Below are positions 8,395 through 18,270 of a DNA stretch of 53,651 nucleotides, piece after piece; positions within the stretch are counted from its first letter, which is position 1; every line of letters starts with the position of its first letter. This DNA is from Candidatus Gottesmanbacteria bacterium (GTDB lineage: Bacteria; Patescibacteriota; Microgenomatia; JACPZF01). Where the stretch lies: the NCBI GenBank assembly GCA_016195615.1, contig JACPZF010000015.1, positions 1 through 53,651 of the forward strand. The letters run 5' to 3'. The translations under genes and the position numbers were made by a program. Under the pieces are notes generated by a model, which did not search any database, was not told where the DNA came from, and saw only the letters and a list, made by a program, of their open reading frames with translations.

Positions 8395-8403
8395 GTAAAT
8401 ATT

Positions 8404-8488
8404 GGCGCGGTGTTGGAACGGTAGACAATCTAGTCTCAAAAACTAGTGACTGTAAAAAGTCGTGAGAGTTCGAATCTCTCCCGCGCCA
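8404..8488 (+). tRNA. tRNA-Leu (anticodon CAA)
   Basis: Hand-folded. Acceptor GGCGCGG/CCGCGCC, anticodon stem CTAGT/ACTAG with loop CTCAAAA, and a long variable arm (GACT..AGTC). T arm is GAGAG-TTCGAAT-CTCTC, discriminator A, and no encoded CCA. Confidence 0.85.
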
Positions 8489-8513
8489 CAAATTTCAACG
8501 ATAAAAGCACCAC

Positions 8514-8543
8514 TTGACAACATGTTGCACAACATGTTATAGT
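8514..8543 (+). promoter_or_regulatory. promoter with embedded palindromic operator for the RHH-PIN operon
   Basis: TTGACA (8514-8519), an 18-nt spacer and TATAGT (8538-8543). The spacer holds two copies, 12 nt apart, of the self-complementary CAACATGTT(G/A) (8518-8527 and 8530-8539). The ATG at 8554 is 10 nt after the -10. Confidence 0.6.
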
Positions 8544-8553
8544 ATTAATACTT

Positions 8554-8808
8554 ATGTTAAAAACTTACCTTTATGTTCCAGAGGAACTAAATCGGGAAAT
8601 CGAGCAGCTGGTTAAAATACAAAATGCCAGTAAGGCGGAGGTTATTAGATTGGTTCTAAAAGCAGGTGTTGCCCAAATTAAAAGTCAAAAAACAGGCGGT
8701 GCAGAAGTTCTTCTTAAACTCGCAGAGATAGGCAAAAAAGCAGGTGCCAAAGGCCCAAAAGATCTCTCTCGAAATATCGATAAGTATCTATGGAAGACTT
8801 ATGAATAA
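8554..8808 (+). CDS. ribbon-helix-helix (CopG-like) antitoxin
   Basis: MLKTYLYVPEELNREIEQLVKIQNASKAEVIRLVL is a typical RHH N-terminus. It overlaps the PIN gene start (ATGAATAA). Confidence 0.7.
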   Translation: MLKTYLYVPEELNREIEQLVKIQNASKAEVIRLVLKAGVAQIKSQKTGGAEVLLKLAEIGKKAGAKGPKDLSRNIDKYLWKTYE

Positions 8809-9226
8809 ACCCCCTCTCGTCGTGATAGATGCTGATGCAATCGTAGCCCAAGCATTTCCAAAAGATGCAAATTTTGAGAAAGCAAATAAAATCAGCCAAT
8901 ATTTAACCGCGATAAATGCCAATATGCTTTATCCAGTTACCGCAATTACGGAGGCGGTGACCGTACTACAACGAAAATTAAATAGTTCCGTAACGGCCCT
9001 GGAAACGGCGGCTGTTTTTACCGACCAGAGTCTACAAATCATAGATATTAATAATAAAATCTATAGCCGTGCTGTGAATCATTATTTTCTTCCTTCTACC
9101 AGCAAGAAAAACACTTTATTTGATTGTATTGCGGCCGCAGTGGCTGAAGAATTTAAAGCAGATGCCATTTTCAGTTTTGATAATTTCTATAAGAAAAAAG
9201 GTTTTAAATTGGCAGGCGAATTATGA
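8801..9226 (+). CDS. PIN-domain toxin
   Basis: Starts at ATG 8801 (MNKPPLVVIDADAIVAQ..) and ends ..LFDCIAAAVAEEFKADAIFSFDNFY. The track start 8744 lies inside the antitoxin gene. Confidence 0.7.
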   Translation: MNKPPLVVIDADAIVAQAFPKDANFEKANKISQYLTAINANMLYPVTAITEAVTVLQRKLNSSVTALETAAVFTDQSLQIIDINNKIYSRAVNHYFLPSTSKKNTLFDCIAAAVAEEFKADAIFSFDNFYKKKGFKLAGEL

Positions 9227-9828
9227 TTTCCGTTACCGATTTACGATCAGGCGCGACGTTTACCGAAGAGGGCCAGATTTTTAAGGTGCTTAAATACGAG
9301 CACACAAAAATGGGCCGGGGAACAGCCACCATTAAAGTAAAAATCAAAAATCTTAAAACCGGATCCACCACTGAAAAAAGTTTTATCTCCGGCGCCAGAG
9401 TCCAAGAAACAAATTTAGAAAAAAAAGAAGTCCAGTATTTATATTCCGAAGGTAGAGGGCCTGCCTCGCCGGCAGGCGGGTCGAAGGTAGAAGATAGAAA
9501 ATATATCTTTATGGATCCGAGAACTTTTGAACAATTTACGATTTTCGGAACCCGAATTAGCGACGAGGCCAAATTTTTGCAGGATGGTATTAATGTCCAA
9601 GTGATGTTTTGGAATGGTGAACCGCTTTCCATCGAGCTTCCTATTAAAATGGATTTTAAAGTAGTTGTTTGCGACCCAGGAGTTAAAGGCAATTCGGCGA
9701 CCAATATTTATAAAGATGCCACTTTGGAAAACGGCCTAAGACTCAAGGTTCCGCTTTTTATTCAGGAAGGCCAAGCGGTAAGAATTGATACGAGAACAGG
9801 AGAGTACGTAGAAAGAGTGGGTAAATAA
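9223..9828 (+). CDS. efp: elongation factor P, with a ~14-aa repeat-encoded insert
   Basis: MISVTDLRSGATF..FKVLKYEHTKMGRGTA..KNLKTG..YLYSEG[RGPASPAGGSKVED]RKYIFMDPRTFEQ.. followed by the C-terminal OB domains. Confidence 0.9.
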   Translation: MISVTDLRSGATFTEEGQIFKVLKYEHTKMGRGTATIKVKIKNLKTGSTTEKSFISGARVQETNLEKKEVQYLYSEGRGPASPAGGSKVEDRKYIFMDPRTFEQFTIFGTRISDEAKFLQDGINVQVMFWNGEPLSIELPIKMDFKVVVCDPGVKGNSATNIYKDATLENGLRLKVPLFIQEGQAVRIDTRTGEYVERVGK

Positions 9829-9854
9829 AATTTTTAATTTCTAATTTCTAATTT

Positions 9855-10301
9855 CTAATGAAGAGCAAAGTAGAGTAATGGTAAAACGGTAACAATCTGC
9901 GTGACTATCCCCCAAGGAAGAGCCAATTTACGATGAATTAAATGTTGAATCTGATAGAAAAAAACAAAAGGCTGGACTTTAACATTAAAAAGCACATAGG
10001 GAAGCTCCAGCCAATCGGGAAGTTGCGACAGGAAAGCATTGGCTAAAAGATACACCAAACTGATATGCGGTAAAAACTTCTGCCAGATTAAAAATACTAA
10101 AATATAGCTTACCGCGACGTCGCTTGCGCCTTCTAAAAATAATCTCTTTTTTGATTTTGCTCGCCAACCATAGCCAAAATCCCAATGTGGTATCATATCT
10201 AGCAGATAATTACTAAAAAAAGAGAGAGGAAAAGCAATAATAGGATTAGGGATTTTGGCGGCGATCGAAACGGCTACCAAACTATGCGCAACAGAGATCA
10301 T
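9855..10301 (-). CDS. small polytopic membrane protein (possibly DUF457/YdjM-like metal hydrolase)
   Basis: Four predicted TM segments and a conserved-looking ..MIPHWDFGYGW.. motif. The family call is weak. Confidence 0.45.
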   Translation of the reverse strand: MISVAHSLVAVSIAAKIPNPIIAFPLSFFSNYLLDMIPHWDFGYGWRAKSKKRLFLEGASDVAVSYILVFLIWQKFLPHISLVYLLANAFLSQLPDWLELPYVLFNVKVQPFVFFYQIQHLIHRKLALPWGIVTQIVTVLPLLYFALH

Positions 10302-10320
10302 AGAAAAAAATTATAACATA

Positions 10321-11628
10321 ATGATTAAATTTAATTTACCTCCAGTCGTACAAGTTTTAAAAATCCGTCCCTTTCTTTTCCTCTGGATGGGACAGGTTGC
10401 CTCGCAAATCAGCGTCAATATGATGAATTTCGTACTCCTTTTGCATATTGCGCAAAAGACCAACAGCAACACCGCTGACGCTGTTTTTATTCTCGCCGTG
10501 ACGTTACCCGCGGTAGTCTTCGGGCCGCTCGCTGGCGTTTATGCTGATCGGTCGGAAAAGAAGAGAGTCTTATTCGTTTGCAATCTGCTGCGCGCAGCTT
10601 TGGCGCTAGTTTTTATTATCAGTTCGGAAGAGTTGTTCGTGCTTTATCTTTTGGCGGTTCTAGCATCCATTGTCACCCAATTTTTTGTACCCGCGGAAGC
10701 GCCTTTAATTCCCAATCTGGTGCCTAAAAATTTACTTTTATCCGCCAATGGGCTATTTAATCTGACTTTTTATGCTGCGATTGTCCTTGGTTTCATGTTT
10801 GCCGGCCCGGCGATTGCGGCTTGGGGAGTTAGAAATACTCTGGTTTTAATCTGGCTAATTTTTTTAGCCGCGACTATTTTTATTGGTTTATTGCCGGGAT
10901 CAAACCCTTTGAGAACACTTTTAAATCTCTTTCGTACGAAAATGGCAAGAATCTCTTTTACCAGGCAAAATACGCTGTCCTTAGTGATAAAGGATTATCA
11001 AGAGGGAATTACTTATTTAAGAAATAACCCCCATATTACCGAGGCGCTTTTGCTTCTCGCCATGGCTCAAGTAGCGATTTCGACGCTTTTGGCGCTGGCT
11101 CCGGGCTATGCCGCGACGGTTTTAAGAATTAATATCACCGATTCTTCTTTGGTGATGGTCGCCCCGGCGATTTTAGGCATGGTAGTCGGGTCGTTGGGAA
11201 TTGGCTTCATGGCAAATAAAATTAACAAAAATAAGATTATCAATGGGACCATTCTTCTAGCGGGGGTCGTTCTTTCTTTATTATCATTTCTCAGCCGAGG
11301 CAAGCTTCGGACCGAAATAAATTTTCAGTATATTTTTAAAATTGACATAGTGCATTTGGCAATTATCCTTTTTTTCTTTCTCGGAATTTTAAATTCCTTC
11401 CTGACAGTTTTAGCCAATACTAAGTTGCAAGAGGAGACCGAGGAATCGATACGAAGCCGCATTTATGGTTTTTTGACCGCCGCCTCCGGTATCGGCGGCG
11501 CTCTTCCCGTACTGCTTTCAGGAATCCTCTCGGATATTTTCGGCGTGGTGAAGATAATGTTTGGCATCGGTCTCGTCATCTTGGCGTTTGGCAGCCTAAA
11601 AATTGCCAAGTCCCAAAGACTCATATAA
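10321..11628 (+). CDS. MFS transporter
   Basis: About 12 TM segments, GPLAGVYADRSEKKR (MFS loop 2-3 motif), with start at ATG 10321 (MIKFNLPP..). Confidence 0.8.
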   Translation: MIKFNLPPVVQVLKIRPFLFLWMGQVASQISVNMMNFVLLLHIAQKTNSNTADAVFILAVTLPAVVFGPLAGVYADRSEKKRVLFVCNLLRAALALVFIISSEELFVLYLLAVLASIVTQFFVPAEAPLIPNLVPKNLLLSANGLFNLTFYAAIVLGFMFAGPAIAAWGVRNTLVLIWLIFLAATIFIGLLPGSNPLRTLLNLFRTKMARISFTRQNTLSLVIKDYQEGITYLRNNPHITEALLLLAMAQVAISTLLALAPGYAATVLRINITDSSLVMVAPAILGMVVGSLGIGFMANKINKNKIINGTILLAGVVLSLLSFLSRGKLRTEINFQYIFKIDIVHLAIILFFFLGILNSFLTVLANTKLQEETEESIRSRIYGFLTAASGIGGALPVLLSGILSDIFGVVKIMFGIGLVILAFGSLKIAKSQRLI

Positions 11629-11656
11629 AATAAGTTAAAGGGTTTTAAAGTTTAAA

Positions 11657-12134
11657 ATGATTAATGCTATTACCAGCTTATTCTATGGCTTAAGTATCGC
11701 CTTGGCTTTTATACTGACCAATTTCCTTTTATGGCGAAGTGCCAAAAAGGAAGACAATATTTCTGTGGAAGTTATTTTTGATTGGTCTTTAGTCATGACC
11801 ATTTTTGCCATAGTCGGGGGCAGACTGTTTTTTATTCTTTCTCATTTTAACGCTTTTGCTCCAGATATTTTTCGCTGGATTCATTTCATCCGTAGCCTAT
11901 CTTTTGCTAATCTATCTTTTTAAAAGATCCCCCAGTTTTCGCCAAGGGACCTATTTCCTAAGCTTTCTCGCGGCTTACTTTTTTATAAACCTCGTACTTG
12001 AAAACTTTGTCGTCAATGTCCTATACTGGAGAGGTCTAAATTTAAGGATTCTATTTAATCTATTCGGACTTTTATTTTCCCTTACTTTGCTTATTATTAG
12101 GTTGGGGCCGAAAGGAAAAGTAAAAAATGTTTAA
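11657..12134 (+). pseudogene. Lgt-like (prolipoprotein diacylglyceryl transferase-like) gene split into two overlapping frames
   Basis: ORFs 11657-11923 and 11856-12134 overlap in different frames. The first carries ..IFAIVGGRLFFILSH.. (Lgt-like). The combined length is about 160 aa, much shorter than canonical Lgt, and the GR.GN..N.E motif is not seen. Confidence 0.35.
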
Positions 12135-12492
12135 ATTTCCCAAAAATGTCTTGAGCAACATTAAGAATTATTTAGAAGAAAAGCAAAAACAAACGGAAAA
12201 AAGGTTATCAGAGCTTAAAAAAGAGGATCCTTTTTCAGATCCGACGCGGTTGTCTGATAACGCCGCCTCTGACACCGAAGCCAAAGAAGAGTTTGGCCAC
12301 GACACGATTTCAGCCATTCAGCTCGAACTGAGTCGCGGGTTAGTTAGAATTAGAAAAACCTTAACCAAAATCAAAATCGGCAAATATGGTATTTGCGAAA
12401 ATTGCGGCAAAATGATTGATACGGAACGACTAACCGTTATGCCGACAGCGGAGCTTTGCGTTGATTGCGAAAAGAGAAACGAAAAGAAATAG
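12127..12492 (+). CDS. DksA/TraR-family C4 zinc-finger protein
   Basis: CENCGKMIDTERLTVMPTAELCVDCEK is the C-terminal C4 finger, preceded by a coiled-coil-like N-terminal half. Confidence 0.8.
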   Translation: MFKFPKNVLSNIKNYLEEKQKQTEKRLSELKKEDPFSDPTRLSDNAASDTEAKEEFGHDTISAIQLELSRGLVRIRKTLTKIKIGKYGICENCGKMIDTERLTVMPTAELCVDCEKRNEKK

Positions 12493-12501
12493 AAAGCATC
12501 T

Positions 12502-12909
12502 GTGAACACAAAAAATAGCTTCCTCTTGTTTTTCCTGATAGTTTTTTTTGATCAATTCACCAAGTATCTGGTTAAAGCTTCTAACTTTCCCACCTATTAT
12601 AACTATGGAATTAGCTTTGGGCTTTTGGCAAATAGCAACTTTGCCAAAATTACACAGACCGTAGTATATTTAATTCTCTTAATAGTCGTAGGCTACCTAG
12701 TAGTTAAAAAACCAAAGGCCAAAGTTTTATTAACGGTATTTACTCTACTCTTAGCTGGCGGGGCGGGCAATAGTATCGATCGCTTGTTAAATAATGGAGG
12801 AGTAATAGATTTTATTCGTTTGGGAAAACTCCCGGTTTTTAATGTCGCCGATCTTTCGGTAACAATTGGCGTACTATTATTTAGCTACTATGAATTAAAA
12901 CCAAAATGA
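12502..12909 (+). CDS. lspA: lipoprotein signal peptidase II
   Basis: NYGISFGLL, GGAGNSIDRL and VIDFI..FNVADLSVTIG motifs, GTG start, four TM segments. Confidence 0.85.
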   Translation: MNTKNSFLLFFLIVFFDQFTKYLVKASNFPTYYNYGISFGLLANSNFAKITQTVVYLILLIVVGYLVVKKPKAKVLLTVFTLLLAGGAGNSIDRLLNNGGVIDFIRLGKLPVFNVADLSVTIGVLLFSYYELKPK

Positions 12910-13748
12910 TTTCTTTAGAGCCTAAAATTATTTACGAAGACGAACAACTCTTAGTCATTGCTAAACCGACCGGAATGGTTGTTAACAAGGCAGATACGAC
13001 GAGGAACGAATTTACTTTGCAAGAGTGGCTAGATCGTTATTATTCTTCGACCCGCCAGCAGGCGGGGAGAAGTCAAAAAGATAGTTCTCGTCGAGTCAGA
13101 CTCGACTCGAACAGTAAAGCAGCGGAAACAAACGAGTTTTTTGCAAGAAGTGGCATTGTGCACAGATTGGATAAAGATACGAGCGGCGTACTTATTATTG
13201 CCAAAACAGAAGAAGCTTTTATAAACCTGCAAGGCCAATTTAAAAATAGAGAGGTACAAAAAAAATATCTTGCCCTGGTTCACGGTACTATCGAACCTAA
13301 AAGCGGTACGATTAACATTCCAATTGAAAGAAACCCTTTTAATCGCAAAAGATTTGGCGTTTTTTTAGGAGGTCGGGAGGCGGTGACGGAGTATAACACA
13401 ATGTCAAATTACAAATTACAAATGACAAATGACAAACGACAAACAACTAATAACTATACTCTATTGGAAGTCTTTCCGCACACAGGCAGAACACATCAAA
13501 TTCGTGTCCACCTCATGCATCTTGGGCACCCGATTGTTTCTGATATACTGTATGCAGGAAGGAAAAATATTAAAGCGGATTTAAAATTTTGCCCGCGTCT
13601 ATTTTTGCACGCGGAAAAGATCGAGTTTAAACATCCTAAAACGAGTAAGATAATGGAGTTTAGTTCTAAGTTGCCAAAGGAATTAGAGAAAGTATTACTG
13701 TCATTGCGAGTCACGTTCATGTTAACTGAACGTGACGAAGCAATCTGA
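12906..13748 (+). CDS. RluA-family pseudouridine synthase (RluD-like, no S4 domain) with repeat-encoded inserts
   Basis: HRLDKDTSGVLIIAK catalytic motif and GRTHQIRVHLMHLGHPIVSD. The inserts are encoded at about 13045-13140 and 13397-13450, and a palindrome encodes the last 14 codons. Confidence 0.85.
   Translation: MISLEPKIIYEDEQLLVIAKPTGMVVNKADTTRNEFTLQEWLDRYYSSTRQQAGRSQKDSSRRVRLDSNSKAAETNEFFARSGIVHRLDKDTSGVLIIAKTEEAFINLQGQFKNREVQKKYLALVHGTIEPKSGTINIPIERNPFNRKRFGVFLGGREAVTEYNTMSNYKLQMTNDKRQTTNNYTLLEVFPHTGRTHQIRVHLMHLGHPIVSDILYAGRKNIKADLKFCPRLFLHAEKIEFKHPKTSKIMEFSSKLPKELEKVLLSLRVTFMLTERDEAI
13704..13743. repeat. palindromic element forming the 3' end of the pseudouridine synthase ORF
   Basis: TTGCGA-GTCACGTTCA-tgttaac-TGAACGTGAC-GAAGCAA ends 3 nt before the TGA stop. 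It shares its loop with the hairpin at 6089-6115. Confidence 0.65.
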
Positions 13749-13754
13749 CATTAT

Positions 13755-15485
13755 ATGCAGGATTTTAATCTTTTACGCGATCTCTTAGTCATTTTAATTA
13801 CCGCTTTTGTTTTTGGGCTTTTAGCTAAGCGCCTCAAACAACCGCCTATCACTGGTTATGTCATAGGCGGCGCGCTCATTTCCACTTTCGGAACCAAGTT
13901 GGCGGCCCCAGTCTCGACAACCACCCTGATTGATTTTGGCGTTATTCTTTTAATGTTTACTCTCGGAATTGAGTTTTCTTTCCGCCGGATTTTGCGAGTC
14001 AAAGAGGTCATCTTTTGGGGGGGCATAGTTCAGATTGCGGTTTTTAGTTTGATTTTAAGCGGTTTATTTATCGTCTTTTTAAACTTCCTGCCTTATCAGT
14101 CAATCTATCTGGCTTTGGCTTTGTCCCTTTCGTCTACCGCCATCGTCGCCAAACTGCTTTTTGACCGCGGCGAGATCGACACGCTTTACGGCGAAATTTT
14201 AACGGGGTGGCTGCTGATTCAAGATTTAGCCGTAATTCCTATCTGGGTAGTCATGCCCGTGATTTGGAATAATCTGCATAGCGCTAGTTTTTCTCTCAGT
14301 ACTATTCTTACCTCGCTGGCTTTGGCGCTTCTTAAAACCGGCGCCATTTTATATTTTCTCTATTGGTTGGGTAAAAAAGTCGTGCCTTCATATTTAAACA
14401 AAATTGCCAAGATTAACTCCCGCGAGCTTTTTTTAATCGGCGTGGTTTTGCTGATCTCTTTTCTAGGTATTGCGGCTTCAAGCTTAGGTTTATCACCGGC
14501 AATCGGAGCATTTGTCGCCGGCCTTTTGATTTCGGAAACTTCCCAAAACCATGCCATTTTTGCTGAAATTCGGCCGATTAGAGATATTTTAAGCATCATT
14601 TTTTTTGTTTCCTTGGGACTTTTATTTAATCTCCATTTTCTTCTTCTTAATTTTGGTTTGATTGTCGGCTTAACCATTTTAGTAGTCATTCTTAAACTTT
14701 TAATTTCCGCGCTGATCATGATTTACTTTGGGTTTCACAGCAAAACCGTTTTTTTAACTTCTGTGGGTATTATCAGCGTTGGCGAATTTGCTTTTGTTTT
14801 GGCGCGAGTTGGGGTTGACCGCGGCTATTTAGACGCTTCTTCTTATAATCTTTTATTGTCGATAACCGTTTTAACGATGATTATTGCACCTTGGGCGATT
14901 TCGCTAAGCGCAAATTCTTATCCGGTGGTGAAAAATTTTGTCCATAAGTTTTCTCCTCTTCTTTACGAAAAATTTTTTACGAAAATTGATCAGAATAAAA
15001 ATTTTGACGAAGAACTGCCGTTTACCGACCACGTGGTTATCTGCGGCCATGGTAGAGTAGGAAAGCACATCAGCCAAATTCTGGAACTTGCCAAGATTCC
15101 TTATGTCGTGATCGATTTTAATCAAAAAGTGATAAGCGATCTCAAAAAACACGCTGTTTTCGCGATCTACGGCGATCCTTCGGATCTGGATGTCTTAAAC
15201 TTTGCCAAGGTGGACTTTGCCAAAGTGGTAGTCGTCGCTGTTCCCGATAGACACAGCCAGGAGATGATTATTCAAAACAGCCTGACGTTAAATCGAAATA
15301 TCGTCATTATTTGCCGGTCTCATTTTGACGAAGATAGAGAGCGTTTATACGCTCTGGGGGCGCAAGCGATTGTTCAACCAGAATTTGAAGCCGCCTTACA
15401 TATCTCCGGAGTGCTTCTTAATGTTTATAAATTCCCCCGCGAGGAAATTTTTGAGTTTTTAAACAAAATCCGAAAGTCAGCCTAG
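13755..15485 (+). CDS. CPA2-family cation:proton antiporter with C-terminal RCK/TrkA-N domain (KefB/C-like)
   Basis: About 12 TM segments followed by a Rossmann-type VVICGHGRVGKHISQIL motif. Confidence 0.85.
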   Translation: MQDFNLLRDLLVILITAFVFGLLAKRLKQPPITGYVIGGALISTFGTKLAAPVSTTTLIDFGVILLMFTLGIEFSFRRILRVKEVIFWGGIVQIAVFSLILSGLFIVFLNFLPYQSIYLALALSLSSTAIVAKLLFDRGEIDTLYGEILTGWLLIQDLAVIPIWVVMPVIWNNLHSASFSLSTILTSLALALLKTGAILYFLYWLGKKVVPSYLNKIAKINSRELFLIGVVLLISFLGIAASSLGLSPAIGAFVAGLLISETSQNHAIFAEIRPIRDILSIIFFVSLGLLFNLHFLLLNFGLIVGLTILVVILKLLISALIMIYFGFHSKTVFLTSVGIISVGEFAFVLARVGVDRGYLDASSYNLLLSITVLTMIIAPWAISLSANSYPVVKNFVHKFSPLLYEKFFTKIDQNKNFDEELPFTDHVVICGHGRVGKHISQILELAKIPYVVIDFNQKVISDLKKHAVFAIYGDPSDLDVLNFAKVDFAKVVVVAVPDRHSQEMIIQNSLTLNRNIVIICRSHFDEDRERLYALGAQAIVQPEFEAALHISGVLLNVYKFPREEIFEFLNKIRKSA

Positions 15486-15494
15486 AATTATTAA

Positions 15495-17220
<1,726 letters not shown>

Positions 17221-17224
17221 TATC

Positions 17225-17494
17225 TTAACCTTGAGCAACAGTAACCTGACCTAGCCACATAGGAAATGTTGGGCTATCTTTTATTACATTATTCGCCATA
17301 TTATTTACTAATCCGTCTTTATCCGAAGCCACGCATACAAATATCTCACCTGTATGTTTTCTTAATTCTTCAGCGGCTTCAGCATTAGAAACCGTAATTT
17401 GTCTTACCAGTGAACCTGAAAAGGTTTGTATATTTCCTTTAATCTTTACTTTTGTTTTTTTGCGTCCTTCCCTAAATTCAATACTAGGCGTCAT
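17225..17494 (-). CDS. hypothetical 89-aa protein
   Basis: ORF downstream of a near-consensus minus-strand promoter. No family recognised and no SD. Confidence 0.4.
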   Translation of the reverse strand: MTPSIEFREGRKKTKVKIKGNIQTFSGSLVRQITVSNAEAAEELRKHTGEIFVCVASDKDGLVNNMANNVIKDSPTFPMWLGQVTVAQG

Positions 17495-17522
17495 AAATGT
17501 TTTAAATTAATTAATCTGCGCT

Positions 17523-17554
17523 ATTGTACTTCTTCTTCTTCTTCTTCTTGTCAA
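17523..17554 (-). promoter_or_regulatory. promoter whose spacer is a (CTT)7 trinucleotide repeat
   Basis: Minus strand TTGACA (rc 17549-17554) and TACAAT (rc 17523-17528) are separated by 20 nt made entirely of AAG repeats (plus strand (CTT)7 at 17529-17549). Confidence 0.5.
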
Positions 17555-17602
17555 ATCAAGCCAAAAAGAATCTATCCGAAAAGACAAGATAGAAATTTAA
17601 CT

Positions 17603-17638
17603 TGTCACAAAACACTGCTCGAGCAGTAAGTTGTGACA
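17603..17638. repeat. composite perfect palindrome
   Basis: TGTCACAA..CTGCTCGAGCAG..TTGTGACA: 8-bp outer arms around a 12-bp self-complementary core. Confidence 0.6.
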
Positions 17639-18085
17639 GTTCTGATTAAAGGTATTGGGAAATGATGCAATGTTGCCGCGCCCGTGGAGAAGAAGGTGCT
17701 GAAGGGGTGGCTGGGCTGGTGCCTTAATAGCGTGATAGATAAGAATTAGATCATTAATCCTTGGTAACGCTATGTAATGCTGACCCATTAACACGATATA
17801 TATCTCTATACGATTTACTTTGCCTGTTGTAGAACCATTTTTAGCATTATCAAGAACTATTTCAGTAACTACTTTACTCAGATGTGGATCTAAGTTTTAA
17901 CTGCTTCTTTTACCTGCTCGTCCGTGCCTTCAATTTTAAGATCTACTCCTCCGCAAGGACGAGTTAAGCCAATCTCATGAACAAATACGTTTCCATCTAC
18001 ATGTACACTGCTACCATCAAAAAAATTATATCTGGTGTTATAAATATTATTAAAGGTTAAATGTAAGAAAAAACTATTCTTCTTC

Positions 18086-18115
18086 TTGTCAAATACAACT
18101 GGTTTTATCTATACT
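18086..18115 (+). promoter_or_regulatory. promoter upstream of structured leader and 45-aa ORF
   Basis: TTGTCA (18086-18091), an 18-nt spacer and TATACT (18110-18115). The 16-mer cttcttcttgtcaaat (18079-18094) is identical to 17541-17556. Confidence 0.45.
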
Positions 18116-18135
18116 ATTATTGAAAGACAGTATAG

Positions 18136-18254
18136 TCCGCCAAAACTTACTTCAAGTCTTTTCAGTTCTATTCGAACACGACTTGAAGAGCGTTTTTAGG
18201 CGGACCTAAGAAAGCGTAAATTCTCCGCCGACTGGCGGATCATTAACGCTTTCT
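18136..18254 (+). promoter_or_regulatory. structured 5' leader (two long hairpins with interchangeable TCCGCC/GGCGGA arms)
   Basis: Hairpin 1 (18136-18204) pairs TCCGCC+AAAAC+CTTCAAGTC with GACTTGAAG+GTTTT+GGCGGA. Hairpin 2 (18209-18254) pairs AGAAAGCGT with ACGCTTTCT around an inner TCCGCC-gact-GGCGGA. It ends directly at the SD. Confidence 0.4.
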
Positions 18255-18270
18255 AAGGGGGGTGAAGAAT

